Below, in pieces: positions 49,680 to 58,206 of a stretch of DNA of 64,000 nucleotides. The translations under genes and the position numbers were made by a program. This stretch comes from Candidatus Limnocylindria bacterium. GTDB lineage: Bacteria > Chloroflexota > Limnocylindria > QHBO01. Below the pieces are notes generated by a model. That model saw nothing but the letters and a program-made list of their open reading frames with translations. It was not told the DNA's origin and searched no databases. Position 1 is the first letter of the stretch, and every line of letters starts with the position of its first letter. The DNA is taken from contig DATBRU010000019.1 of assembly GCA_036560105.1 (NCBI GenBank), forward strand, positions 22,252-86,251, read 5' to 3'.

Positions 49680-49964
49680 TCGCCTGCTAGGCTCCGGAAA
49701 TGGCCGAGCCCCATCGCCTCCGTCGCGGCACTCCCGACGACTCGCGCGCGGCCTTCGAGGTCTTCCTGCCGGCCATCCGTGACCTCACTGCACGCCAGGG
49801 TCAACGAGGTCGCCATGCGCCACCTTCTTGGGCGGGGCCTGCGGATGGACACCTTCCTCACGCTCTTCATGTCGAGCAGGGCGTTCGGACGCTTCGACAG
49901 GTTCATCGGCTTCTCGCCACCGTTCTTCCTGTAATCGTGGCACCACTCATGCGGTGGCGAGCGC

Positions 49965-50375
49965 ATGAGCAATTTCGATCGGCAGCCGGGAGCCATCGAC
50001 GACCCGGGCATGAGGGGTGGCCTCGACCCCGACCGCCTTCCCTCTGGCACCACGGGCGAAACGGGGAACGAGGCCCAGCCGGACGTTGCGGTGCTCGACC
50101 TGCCCGGGCCGGATGACCCGGTCGCCTGGAACTATGTCGAGGCCGACACGCTGGTGGTGGGCCCGCACGGCGAGGAGCTCGGGCGCGTCGTGGCGATGCT
50201 GGGCGTCGAGGACGAGGGCATCTTCCATGGCGTGGCGGTGGCCGCCTACGACGACGGGAGGGCCCGAGTCGTGCCGGCGGATGCCGTGACGCGCATGACC
50301 CCATCGCGCGTCGAGATCGCGTGGGACGTCGATCGGCTCTCCACCGCGGAGCGCTCCGAGGCGGTCCGAGGCTGA
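49965..50375 (+). CDS. PRC-barrel-like domain protein (hypothetical)
   Basis: ...VVGPHGEELGRVVAMLGVEDEGIFHGVAVAAYDDGRARVVPADAV resembles the PRC-barrel pattern. Confidence 0.45.
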   Translation: MSNFDRQPGAIDDPGMRGGLDPDRLPSGTTGETGNEAQPDVAVLDLPGPDDPVAWNYVEADTLVVGPHGEELGRVVAMLGVEDEGIFHGVAVAAYDDGRARVVPADAVTRMTPSRVEIAWDVDRLSTAERSEAVRG

Positions 50376-50395
50376 TCGCCCGCGTCCCGCGTACC

Positions 50396-51163
50396 ATGCG
50401 GCACGTGACCCCTGAGCGCCACCTCGTCGACCGCCTCTGGCCCGATCCGACCCCCGAGCTCGGCCTCGACGAGGCGATGGCCGGGTTCATCCTTCCGCCG
50501 TCTCCACCCGGCCGACCGCTGGTGGCCATCAACATGGTCACGACCGTCGATGGCCGAGCCCAGCTCAATGGGACCGCCGAGGGTCTCGGCAGCCGGACCG
50601 ATCGGCGCCTGATGCGGCTCTACCGAGCGGCATTCGACGCGGTCGGCAGCGGGGTCGGAACGCTTCGGGCCAGCGGAATCTGGCTGCGGGTCGGCGACGA
50701 GCTGGCCGCGCGCCGCATCGCGGCCGGCCACCCACCCAACCCGCTCGGCGTGCTGATCGCTGGGAACGGGCCGGTCCCCATCGACACGGGCTGGTTCGAG
50801 GGCGACGAGCCGCGCGTCGTGTTCATCGGCCGGGACAATCCACTCGACTCCGCGCCGCGGGGCACCGAGCTGCTGCGTGCGGAGTCGGAGGAGCCCGGGG
50901 CGGCCTGGGTGCTCGAGCGCCTGGCGGAGCGGGGGATCGGGTCGCTCCTGCTCGAGGGCGGCCCGCACGTCAATGCCGCCTTCCTGGCCGATGGCCTGAT
51001 CGACGAGGTGTACTGGACCATCGGCCCGCTCCTTGCCGGCACCGACGCATTGAGCATGATCGCTTCCGCCGCCGAGAGCGTCATCCGCCGAGGCCGGCTG
51101 ATCAGCGTCCTCCGACACGACGACGAGCTCTTCGTTCGCTATCGGTTCGGCGCGGACGGGTAG
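50396..51163 (+). CDS. RibD C-terminal domain (dihydrofolate-reductase-like) reductase
   Basis: ...VAINMVTTVDGRAQLNG...SLLLEGGPHVNAAFLADGLIDEVY matches the RibD_C/DHFR-like family. Confidence 0.7.
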   Translation: MRHVTPERHLVDRLWPDPTPELGLDEAMAGFILPPSPPGRPLVAINMVTTVDGRAQLNGTAEGLGSRTDRRLMRLYRAAFDAVGSGVGTLRASGIWLRVGDELAARRIAAGHPPNPLGVLIAGNGPVPIDTGWFEGDEPRVVFIGRDNPLDSAPRGTELLRAESEEPGAAWVLERLAERGIGSLLLEGGPHVNAAFLADGLIDEVYWTIGPLLAGTDALSMIASAAESVIRRGRLISVLRHDDELFVRYRFGADG

Positions 51164-51175
51164 GATCGGGCTCTC

Positions 51176-52057
51176 ATGCCTTCCAGCGTGCTCGGGCGCC
51201 TCGGCGTCTGGGGCCATCTCGACTCGCTCGATGCCGCCGCCGCCCGTGCGTACGCCCGCAGCGTCGAGCAGCTCGGGCACGGCACGCTGTGGGTGCCCGA
51301 GACCGTTGGCCGCGAACCGTTCGCGCTGCTCGGAATGCTTGCCGGCGAGACGAGCCGCATGAACCTGGGAACGAGCATCGTCGGCATCTGGGGGCACGAC
51401 GCGCAGACGACGCGGCTGGGCGCCGAGACCCTGGCCGAGGCGACCGGCGGCCGATTCGTGCTCGGGCTGGGCGTGAGCCACCCTCACATGGCCACGCGCC
51501 TGCATGGGCAGGCCTTCGATCGACCGCTGACCCGCATGCGCGAATACCTCGAGGCCTACCGATCGGCGGTGTATCGAGGCCCGGCGACCGATGGTCCGTC
51601 GCCGACGATCCTGATCGCGGCTCTGCGTGAGCGCATGACCGACCTCGCCGCGACCGACGCCGACGGCGCCTTTCCGTACCTGGTCACACCGGAGCGGGTG
51701 ACGTGGATGCGCGCGCGTCTCGATGCGGCATCCACGGGGCATCCGCTCCTCGCCGTCACATTGCCTCTGGCCGCGGATGCGGATCGTGATGGTGCCCGCG
51801 CCTACCTGAAGCCGTATCTCCGCACGCCGACCTACCAGGTCTCATGGGAGCTCCAGGGCTTCGAGCCGGCGGACTGGGAGCCTCCTGGCAGTGACCGCCT
51901 GCTCGAGGCGATGGTGGCGTTCGGGTCGCCCGACGTGCACCGGGAGCGGATCGCCGCCCTGCACGACGCCGGCGCCGACCACGTCGCGGTCATCCCTCTG
52001 GCACCGGACGGAACGACGGAGCACCTCTCGATCCTCGAGGCACTGGACGATGGCTGA
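51176..52057 (+). CDS. LLM-class (luciferase-like) F420-dependent oxidoreductase
   Basis: TIM-barrel LLM motifs (LGLGVSHPHMATRLHGQAFDRPLTRMREYLEA). Confidence 0.65.
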   Translation: MPSSVLGRLGVWGHLDSLDAAAARAYARSVEQLGHGTLWVPETVGREPFALLGMLAGETSRMNLGTSIVGIWGHDAQTTRLGAETLAEATGGRFVLGLGVSHPHMATRLHGQAFDRPLTRMREYLEAYRSAVYRGPATDGPSPTILIAALRERMTDLAATDADGAFPYLVTPERVTWMRARLDAASTGHPLLAVTLPLAADADRDGARAYLKPYLRTPTYQVSWELQGFEPADWEPPGSDRLLEAMVAFGSPDVHRERIAALHDAGADHVAVIPLAPDGTTEHLSILEALDDG

Positions 52058-53348
52058 TCATCCACGCGCGGTGGCGGCAGCGCTCCTCGTCACCGAGCGC
52101 CTCGACGCCGACCGGGTGGTCGTCCTGCGGCAGCGGATGCAATGGGTGCTGTTCGCCATCTCGGCGCTCGGCAGCACCGGGTACATCGCCGCCGTCACGG
52201 TCGGGACGCTCGTCGCGGCCGATATCGCCGGGTCGGCCTCGTTCGGCGGCATCCCATCCTCGACGGCCGTCATCGGAACGGCCGTCGCCGCCACGTCACT
52301 GTCCGCGCTCATGCTCCGCGTCGGGCGCCGGCCGGGCCTCCTCGGCGGCCTCGGCGTCGGGGTCATCGGCGCGGTGATCGCGGTGGTGTCCGTGCTCACA
52401 GCGTCGATCCCGCTCCTGCTGTTCGGTGCGTTCCTGAGCGGATTCGCGAACGGGGCCGCCAACCTGGGGCGCTACGTCGCGGCCGACCTGGTGCCACCCG
52501 CGCGGCGCGCGACGGCCATCGGGGCCGTGGTGTGGGGGTCGACGATCGGCGCGGTGGTCGGCCCGAACCTTGTCGCGCCCGCGGGCAGCCTGGCCATCTC
52601 CCTCGGCCTGCCCGAGCTTGCCGGCGCGTTCGTCGTCACCGCGATCTTCATCGGCCTCGCCTTCGGCCTGGCGTTCGTCCTCCTCCGACCCGAGCCCTAC
52701 GCACTGGCCGACCCCTCCGCGCTGGCCATGCGCGCGGACGTCGGCCCGGCTCCCTCGTTCGCGACGCTCCTGCGCCGTCCCGCGACCGCGGTGGCGCTCA
52801 CCTCGCTCGTGGCGGGGCAGGTGGTCATGGTCCTGATCATGACGATGACGCCGATCCACCTGATCCAGCACGGCCACGGACTGGCGACGGTCGGCCTCGT
52901 CCTGTCGGCGCACACATTCGGGATGTTTGCCCTGTCGCCGATCTCGGGGCGTCTGACCGATCGGTTCGGCAGCCCGGCCGTCATCGCGAGCGGATTCTCC
53001 GTGCTCGGGGTCGCGGCCGTGCTTGCCGCCCTGGCGCCTCCCGACGGTGGCCTGCTCCTCACGCTCGCGCTCTTCCTGCTCGGTTGGGGCTGGAACCTCG
53101 GATTCGTCGCCGGTTCGGCGATGCTGACCCGCGGCCTCGCGCTCGCGGAGCGGACCCGCGTGCAGGGCATCGCGGACGCTCTTGTCTGGAGCTCGGCGGC
53201 CGTTGCGGGGTTGACCTCCGGACTGATCGTGGCCGGCGCCTCGTACACCGCACTCGGCTTCCTGGGCCTGGCCCTGCTCGTGGCCCCGGCGCTGCTGCTC
53301 GTCACACAGCGTGCGCGGATCCGCGAGGCCATCGGCGCCGAGGCGTGA
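52050..53348 (+). CDS. MFS transporter
   Basis: Twelve TM helices. Start at MADHPRAV overlaps the LLM gene by 8 nt; the upstream part of the track ORF is in another frame. Confidence 0.75.
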   Translation: MADHPRAVAAALLVTERLDADRVVVLRQRMQWVLFAISALGSTGYIAAVTVGTLVAADIAGSASFGGIPSSTAVIGTAVAATSLSALMLRVGRRPGLLGGLGVGVIGAVIAVVSVLTASIPLLLFGAFLSGFANGAANLGRYVAADLVPPARRATAIGAVVWGSTIGAVVGPNLVAPAGSLAISLGLPELAGAFVVTAIFIGLAFGLAFVLLRPEPYALADPSALAMRADVGPAPSFATLLRRPATAVALTSLVAGQVVMVLIMTMTPIHLIQHGHGLATVGLVLSAHTFGMFALSPISGRLTDRFGSPAVIASGFSVLGVAAVLAALAPPDGGLLLTLALFLLGWGWNLGFVAGSAMLTRGLALAERTRVQGIADALVWSSAAVAGLTSGLIVAGASYTALGFLGLALLVAPALLLVTQRARIREAIGAEA

Positions 53349-53938
53349 CCCACACCGAGCGCCTGCTGCTGCGCCGATGGAAGCCAGACGACCGCGAGAC
53401 CTTCGCGGCGCTCAACGCCGACCCGGAGGTGACCGAGTTCCTCCAGGGGACCAAGCCACGCGACGTCTCCGACGCGTTCGTCGACCGCATCGAGGCCCAC
53501 TGGAATGAGCACGGATGGGGCCTATGGGCGATCGAGGTCCCCGGTGTCGCGCCGTTCGTCGGGTACGTGGGCCTGTGGCCGGCGGAGTTCGTTGCCGCCG
53601 GAATGGTCGAGGTCGGCTGGCGGCTCGCGCGGGCGCACTGGGGGTTCGGGTACGCGACCGAGGGTGCTCGGGCGGCGCTCGCATTCGGATTCGACGAGGT
53701 CGGCCTCGCTGAGATCGTCTCGTTCACCGTCCCGCAGAACGTGCGCTCGCGTGCGGTGATGGAGCGCATCGGCCTGGTGCGCGACCCGTCGCACGACTTC
53801 GATCACCCGCGGGTCGATCCGGTGGCGTATCCCCACCTGGTCCAGCACGTGTTCTATCGGCTCGATCGTGCCGGCTGGGTCGCCCTGGCGCGGTCACCGT
53901 CGCAGCCTGCAGGGTCCGAATCCGGACCGCAGGCATAG
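53345..53938 (+). CDS. GNAT family N-acetyltransferase (RimJ/RimL-like)
   Basis: ...TERLLLRRWKPDD...GYVGLW...WGFGYATEGARAALAFGFDEVGL.... GTG start overlapping the MFS stop (GTGA). Confidence 0.7.
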   Translation: MTHTERLLLRRWKPDDRETFAALNADPEVTEFLQGTKPRDVSDAFVDRIEAHWNEHGWGLWAIEVPGVAPFVGYVGLWPAEFVAAGMVEVGWRLARAHWGFGYATEGARAALAFGFDEVGLAEIVSFTVPQNVRSRAVMERIGLVRDPSHDFDHPRVDPVAYPHLVQHVFYRLDRAGWVALARSPSQPAGSESGPQA

Positions 53939-53945
53939 TGTCGGC

Positions 53946-54353
53946 ATGACCCGGCTCGACGCCTCCCGACGAACGCGCGGCCTCATGGGGCTGGCGCTGA
54001 TCGCGATGCTCATGGCCGCATGCGGGGGTTTGCCGCTGACGCGTCCGGGCCAAACCCCGCGCCCAACCCCGACGCCCGCGCCGACGTTCGATCCAGAGCT
54101 CACTGGATTCGATGGCCTCGTGGTCGACGAGGACGGGAATCCGATCGAGGGCGTCCATCTCGTCATCATGCTCAACGGCCGGCGCGGGACGGCGGCAACC
54201 ACGCCGGAAGGAACCTTCTTCGACCGCGGGAGCGTGGGTGTGGCCGAGATCACCACCAGGCTCGAAGGGTACGAGGAGGAGGAGCTGACGATCACCATCG
54301 TTCCGAACGAGATCCGCGAGGTCGAGATCGTGCTCGTCGCGACCAGCGACTGA
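53946..54353 (+). CDS. lipoprotein with carboxypeptidase-regulatory-like beta-sandwich domain
   Basis: Lipobox LMAAC|GG; ...GVHLVIMLNGRRGTAATTPEGTFF... resembles the CarbopepD_reg fold. Confidence 0.55.
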   Translation: MTRLDASRRTRGLMGLALIAMLMAACGGLPLTRPGQTPRPTPTPAPTFDPELTGFDGLVVDEDGNPIEGVHLVIMLNGRRGTAATTPEGTFFDRGSVGVAEITTRLEGYEEEELTITIVPNEIREVEIVLVATSD

Positions 54354-54369
54354 CCCTTCTTCCCTGAAT

Positions 54370-54383
54370 AGAACAGACGTTCT
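54370..54383 (+). promoter_or_regulatory. LexA (Cheo-type SOS) box AGAAC-AGAC-GTTCT upstream of dnaE2
   Basis: Perfect GAAC-N4-GTTC palindrome 16 nt upstream of the dnaE2 ATG (54399). Confidence 0.7.
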
Positions 54384-54398
54384 ATCATCGGTCGTCCG

Positions 54399-57300
54399 AT
54401 GCCCACGACGGACGACGACTACAGCGAGCTGCACGCCCACAGCAACTTCAGCTTCCTCGATGGCGCAAGCCACCCCGAGGAGCTGGTCGCTCGGGCCGCT
54501 CAGGTCGGCATGCCGGCCCTGGCGATCACCGACCACGCCGGCCTCTACGCCGCGGTGCGCCTGCACAAGGCGGCCGCCGAGACCGATACCGATGCCGCCC
54601 GCGATGCGGGGCTGCGACCCGTTCGGCCCATCATCGGCCTCGAGCTCGCGATCCCGCGCACCGATGACGAGGTGCGTCTCGCCCGTCGCGGTCGCAAGCT
54701 CAACGATCCGCTGCGCGGCGAGCGGGCGAGCCGCGGCTGGCCCGGTGAGTTCCACGCCGGGCCGATACCGGGCGACCACCTGGTCCTCATCGCGCGGGAC
54801 GTCGACGGCTACAGCGCCCTCGCCCGCCTCGCGAGCCGCGGCCACCTGGCCGGGGAGAAGCAGTATCCGATCTTCGAGCGCTCGCTCGTGGCTGCGACGC
54901 TCGACGAGGCACGAGGCCACCTCATCGGTCTCTCCGGCTGCCGCAACGGGCTCGTCCCCAGGCTCATCCTCGCCGGCGACGAAGCGGCCGCTCTCCACGC
55001 CGCGCGGACGTGGGCTCGCCACTTCGCCGCCGACGACTTCGCCATCGAGCTGAGCCACCACATCGGCCCCGACGACGACTGGCTGGTCGCGCAGCTCGTC
55101 GAGGTGGCGGCTCGCGCCGGCCTGCCGACGGTCGTCACCAACGAGGTCCACTACGCCCATCCCGATGGCCATCGGCTCCAGGACGTCCTCGTCTGCATCC
55201 GGCATGGCGCGACCCTCACCGATGCCCGTGAGCTCCTGCTGCCCAATGCCGAGTACCGGCTCAAGACGGGCGCCGAGCTGGCAGCCATTGGTGCCGGCCT
55301 GCCGGACGAGGGCAGTCGCCGCGCCTGGGAGGCTGGGATGGCGCGCAGCGGCGAGATCGGTCGGGCCTGCCGGCTCGAGCTGGGCTTCGAGCGTTATCGG
55401 TTTCCGGGGTTCACCGTGCCGAAGGGGGAGACCGCGTTCTCATATCTCTACCAGCTTGCCCACGCCGGCTTACTGCGCCGTTATCGGCCGGTTACCAAGC
55501 GCGCGCTCTCCCAGCTGACGCACGAGCTCGACGTCATCGACCGCACCAACCTCGCCGAGTTCTTCCTGATCGTGTGGGACCTCATGGAGTTTGCGCGCAC
55601 CGGCGGGATCATCGGCCAGGGCCGCGGGAGCGCCGGGGACTCGATCGTCGCCTACTGCCTGGGCATCACCAAGGTCGACCCCATCGAGCACAAGCTCCTG
55701 TTCGAGCGCTTCATCAACGAGGCGCGCGCGCTGCCGGACATCGACATCGACTTCGACGTCAATCGGCGCGAGGAGGTGATCCAGTACCTGTACGAGCGGT
55801 ACGGGGCCGATCACGCGGCCATGGTCTGCACGATCATCACCTACCGGGCGCGTTCCGCGGTGCGCGAGGTGGCCAAGGCACTCGGGTTCCCGCCCGATGG
55901 GGTGGATGCGCTGGCCAAGGCCCTCGACACCCGCGACGCCACCGACGTGGCCCGCGACCTGGCGCTCGACGGCAGCTTCGGCTGGCTGTTCGACGAGCTC
56001 GGGATCGACATGGCCGATGCGGCCGTCCCGCCGGGCCGCGACGGACGCGGGCTGGTGCGTGTGGCTTCGGACTCGTCGTGGAACCCGCGACCGCGCCCCG
56101 TCCTCGATCCCGCCCCGCGGCCGGTCAGCGAGGGCGGCTGGTTCCCGCCGAAACGGCCGCGTGTGCTCGACGCATCGGTCACGACGGTGCGCCACGAGTC
56201 GACCGAGACCAAGCGCTACGCCAGATCCGGGGAGCTTGCCGGGGAGGAGCTCGCGCTGCCCGATCCGCGCGACAACGGCACGCCGGGGCCGTCCAGCGGG
56301 CGACAGGCGGTGGTGCGGGTCGACCCGGAAAGCGGGATGCTCGTCGAGGAGCGGCGGCGCCCGCGGGTCGTGCCGGATCTGAGGGAGCGTGAGGGCGGCC
56401 ACGAGGAAGACGCCGCGGCCGGGGAACCGCCGCGGAATCGATGGCAGTGGCTCCTCACCCTGTGTGCCGAGATCGACGGCTTCCCCAGGCACCTGGGCAT
56501 CCACGTCGGCGGCATGCTCGTGACCCGCACCCCGCTCATCGATCTCGTGCCGATCGAGCGGGCAACGATGCCCGGTCGCGTCGTGACCCAGTACGACAAG
56601 GAGGACATCGAGCAGCTCGGCCTGGTGAAGATCGACCTGCTCAGCCTCCGGACGCTGGGCGTGGTCAGCGACGCCCTCGACCGCATCCAACGAGACACGG
56701 GGAAGCGGATCGACCTCGACGGCCTTCCCCACGACGACCCCGAGGTGTATCGGTCCATCCAGGCGGCCGATACCGTCGGCATGTTCCAGATCGAGTCCCG
56801 TGCCCAGATGCAGGCCCTGCCGAAGGCACGCCCGGAGCGGTTCGAGGATCTCGTCGTCCAGGTCGCGATCATCCGGCCCGGCCCGGTGCAGGGCAACGCC
56901 GTCCACCCGTACCTGCGCCGTCGCGCCGGCGAGGAACCCGTCACCTACGCGCATCCAAGCCTGGAGCCGATCCTGGCCGACACGCTGGGCGTGATCCTCT
57001 ACCAGGAGCAGGTCATGCAGGTCGCGATCGAGGTCTGCGGCTACACCGCGACCGAGGCGGACATCTTCCGCAAGGCGATGGGTTCGCACCGCAGCCACGC
57101 CAAGATGCAGGCGGAGCGCGGGCGGTTCGTCGGCGGGGCCGTCCGCACCGGGCTTTCGGAGGAGGATGCCGAGGCGCTCTTCCAGAAGTGCTCCGCCTTC
57201 GCCGAGTTCGGCTTCGCCCGTGCCCACGCCGCCGCCTTCGCCAAGATCGCCTACGACACCGCCTGGCTGAAGCGCTACTGGCCGGCGCACTACACCGTCG

Positions 57301-58181
57301 GGGTGCTGAACAACCAGCCGATGGGCTTCTACAGCCCGGCTGTCGTCATCAACGACGCCAAGCGCCACGGCATTCGCGTCCTGCCGATCGACGTCAACGA
57401 GTCGGCCTGGGAGCACGACACGCGCCGAAACGAAGATGACTGGGCCATCCGCCTGGGGCTGCGTCAGGTGAAGGGGATCGACGAGAGCGCGCGCCAGATG
57501 CTCGAACGCGAGCGAGCCCGAGGGCCGTACACGTCCGTTCGCGACTTCGTGGCCCGGACGGGCCTCGGCGAGCAGGTGATCGAGCGGCTGATCAGCATCG
57601 GTGCCTTCGACTGGACCGATGCGCCGCGCCGCGAGCTCCTCTGGCAGCTGCGCACCACCCTGGCCGATGCCGATCCGGCACACCCTGCGCTGGGCCTGAC
57701 CGATGACGCCCAGCGCGCGCTGGGCGCCTCCCTTCCTCCCATGACCGATGCCGAGAAGACCGCCGCCGACTACCGCGACACCGGGGTCGCGCCGAACCTG
57801 CATGCCGTCGAGCTCTTCCGCGAGCGGCTCGCGGCGCGCGGGGTGATCACCGTGGCCGATGCGTCCCGCCTGCGCGATCGGTCCGCCATCCGGCTGGCCG
57901 GGCTCGCGGTCAGCGTCCAGCATCCGATGACGGCCAAGAACTTCGTCTTCATCGCGCTCGAGGACGAGAGCGGCATGATCAATGTGACCCTGCGCCCACA
58001 GGTGTACCAGCGGCATCGGGCGCTGCTGCATCGGCATCCGCTGCTGGTGATCGACGGCCGGCTCCAGGTCGAGGGCGCGGTGCTCAACGTGATCGCGCAA
58101 CGGCTGCGCAGCGTCGACGAGGCCCTCGACGGTCCTCCCGAGCGGCTCGACCTCGCGAAGCAGCAGCGCATGTTCCGCTGA
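54399..58181 (+). CDS. dnaE2: error-prone DNA polymerase DnaE2 (ImuC), 1260 aa
   Basis: N-terminal PHP domain (HAHSNFSFLDGAS); Pol III alpha core. There is no tau-binding C-terminus; an OB-fold anticodon-type domain is assumed from DnaE2 architecture (not seen directly). A roughly 150-aa low-complexity insertion lies between about residues 545 and 700. A LexA box is upstream. Confidence 0.85.
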   Translation: MPTTDDDYSELHAHSNFSFLDGASHPEELVARAAQVGMPALAITDHAGLYAAVRLHKAAAETDTDAARDAGLRPVRPIIGLELAIPRTDDEVRLARRGRKLNDPLRGERASRGWPGEFHAGPIPGDHLVLIARDVDGYSALARLASRGHLAGEKQYPIFERSLVAATLDEARGHLIGLSGCRNGLVPRLILAGDEAAALHAARTWARHFAADDFAIELSHHIGPDDDWLVAQLVEVAARAGLPTVVTNEVHYAHPDGHRLQDVLVCIRHGATLTDARELLLPNAEYRLKTGAELAAIGAGLPDEGSRRAWEAGMARSGEIGRACRLELGFERYRFPGFTVPKGETAFSYLYQLAHAGLLRRYRPVTKRALSQLTHELDVIDRTNLAEFFLIVWDLMEFARTGGIIGQGRGSAGDSIVAYCLGITKVDPIEHKLLFERFINEARALPDIDIDFDVNRREEVIQYLYERYGADHAAMVCTIITYRARSAVREVAKALGFPPDGVDALAKALDTRDATDVARDLALDGSFGWLFDELGIDMADAAVPPGRDGRGLVRVASDSSWNPRPRPVLDPAPRPVSEGGWFPPKRPRVLDASVTTVRHESTETKRYARSGELAGEELALPDPRDNGTPGPSSGRQAVVRVDPESGMLVEERRRPRVVPDLREREGGHEEDAAAGEPPRNRWQWLLTLCAEIDGFPRHLGIHVGGMLVTRTPLIDLVPIERATMPGRVVTQYDKEDIEQLGLVKIDLLSLRTLGVVSDALDRIQRDTGKRIDLDGLPHDDPEVYRSIQAADTVGMFQIESRAQMQALPKARPERFEDLVVQVAIIRPGPVQGNAVHPYLRRRAGEEPVTYAHPSLEPILADTLGVILYQEQVMQVAIEVCGYTATEADIFRKAMGSHRSHAKMQAERGRFVGGAVRTGLSEEDAEALFQKCSAFAEFGFARAHAAAFAKIAYDTAWLKRYWPAHYTVGVLNNQPMGFYSPAVVINDAKRHGIRVLPIDVNESAWEHDTRRNEDDWAIRLGLRQVKGIDESARQMLERERARGPYTSVRDFVARTGLGEQVIERLISIGAFDWTDAPRRELLWQLRTTLADADPAHPALGLTDDAQRALGASLPPMTDAEKTAADYRDTGVAPNLHAVELFRERLAARGVITVADASRLRDRSAIRLAGLAVSVQHPMTAKNFVFIALEDESGMINVTLRPQVYQRHRALLHRHPLLVIDGRLQVEGAVLNVIAQRLRSVDEALDGPPERLDLAKQQRMFR

Positions 58182-58206
58182 ACCCGGCCCGGCTACGATC
58201 CGGGAC

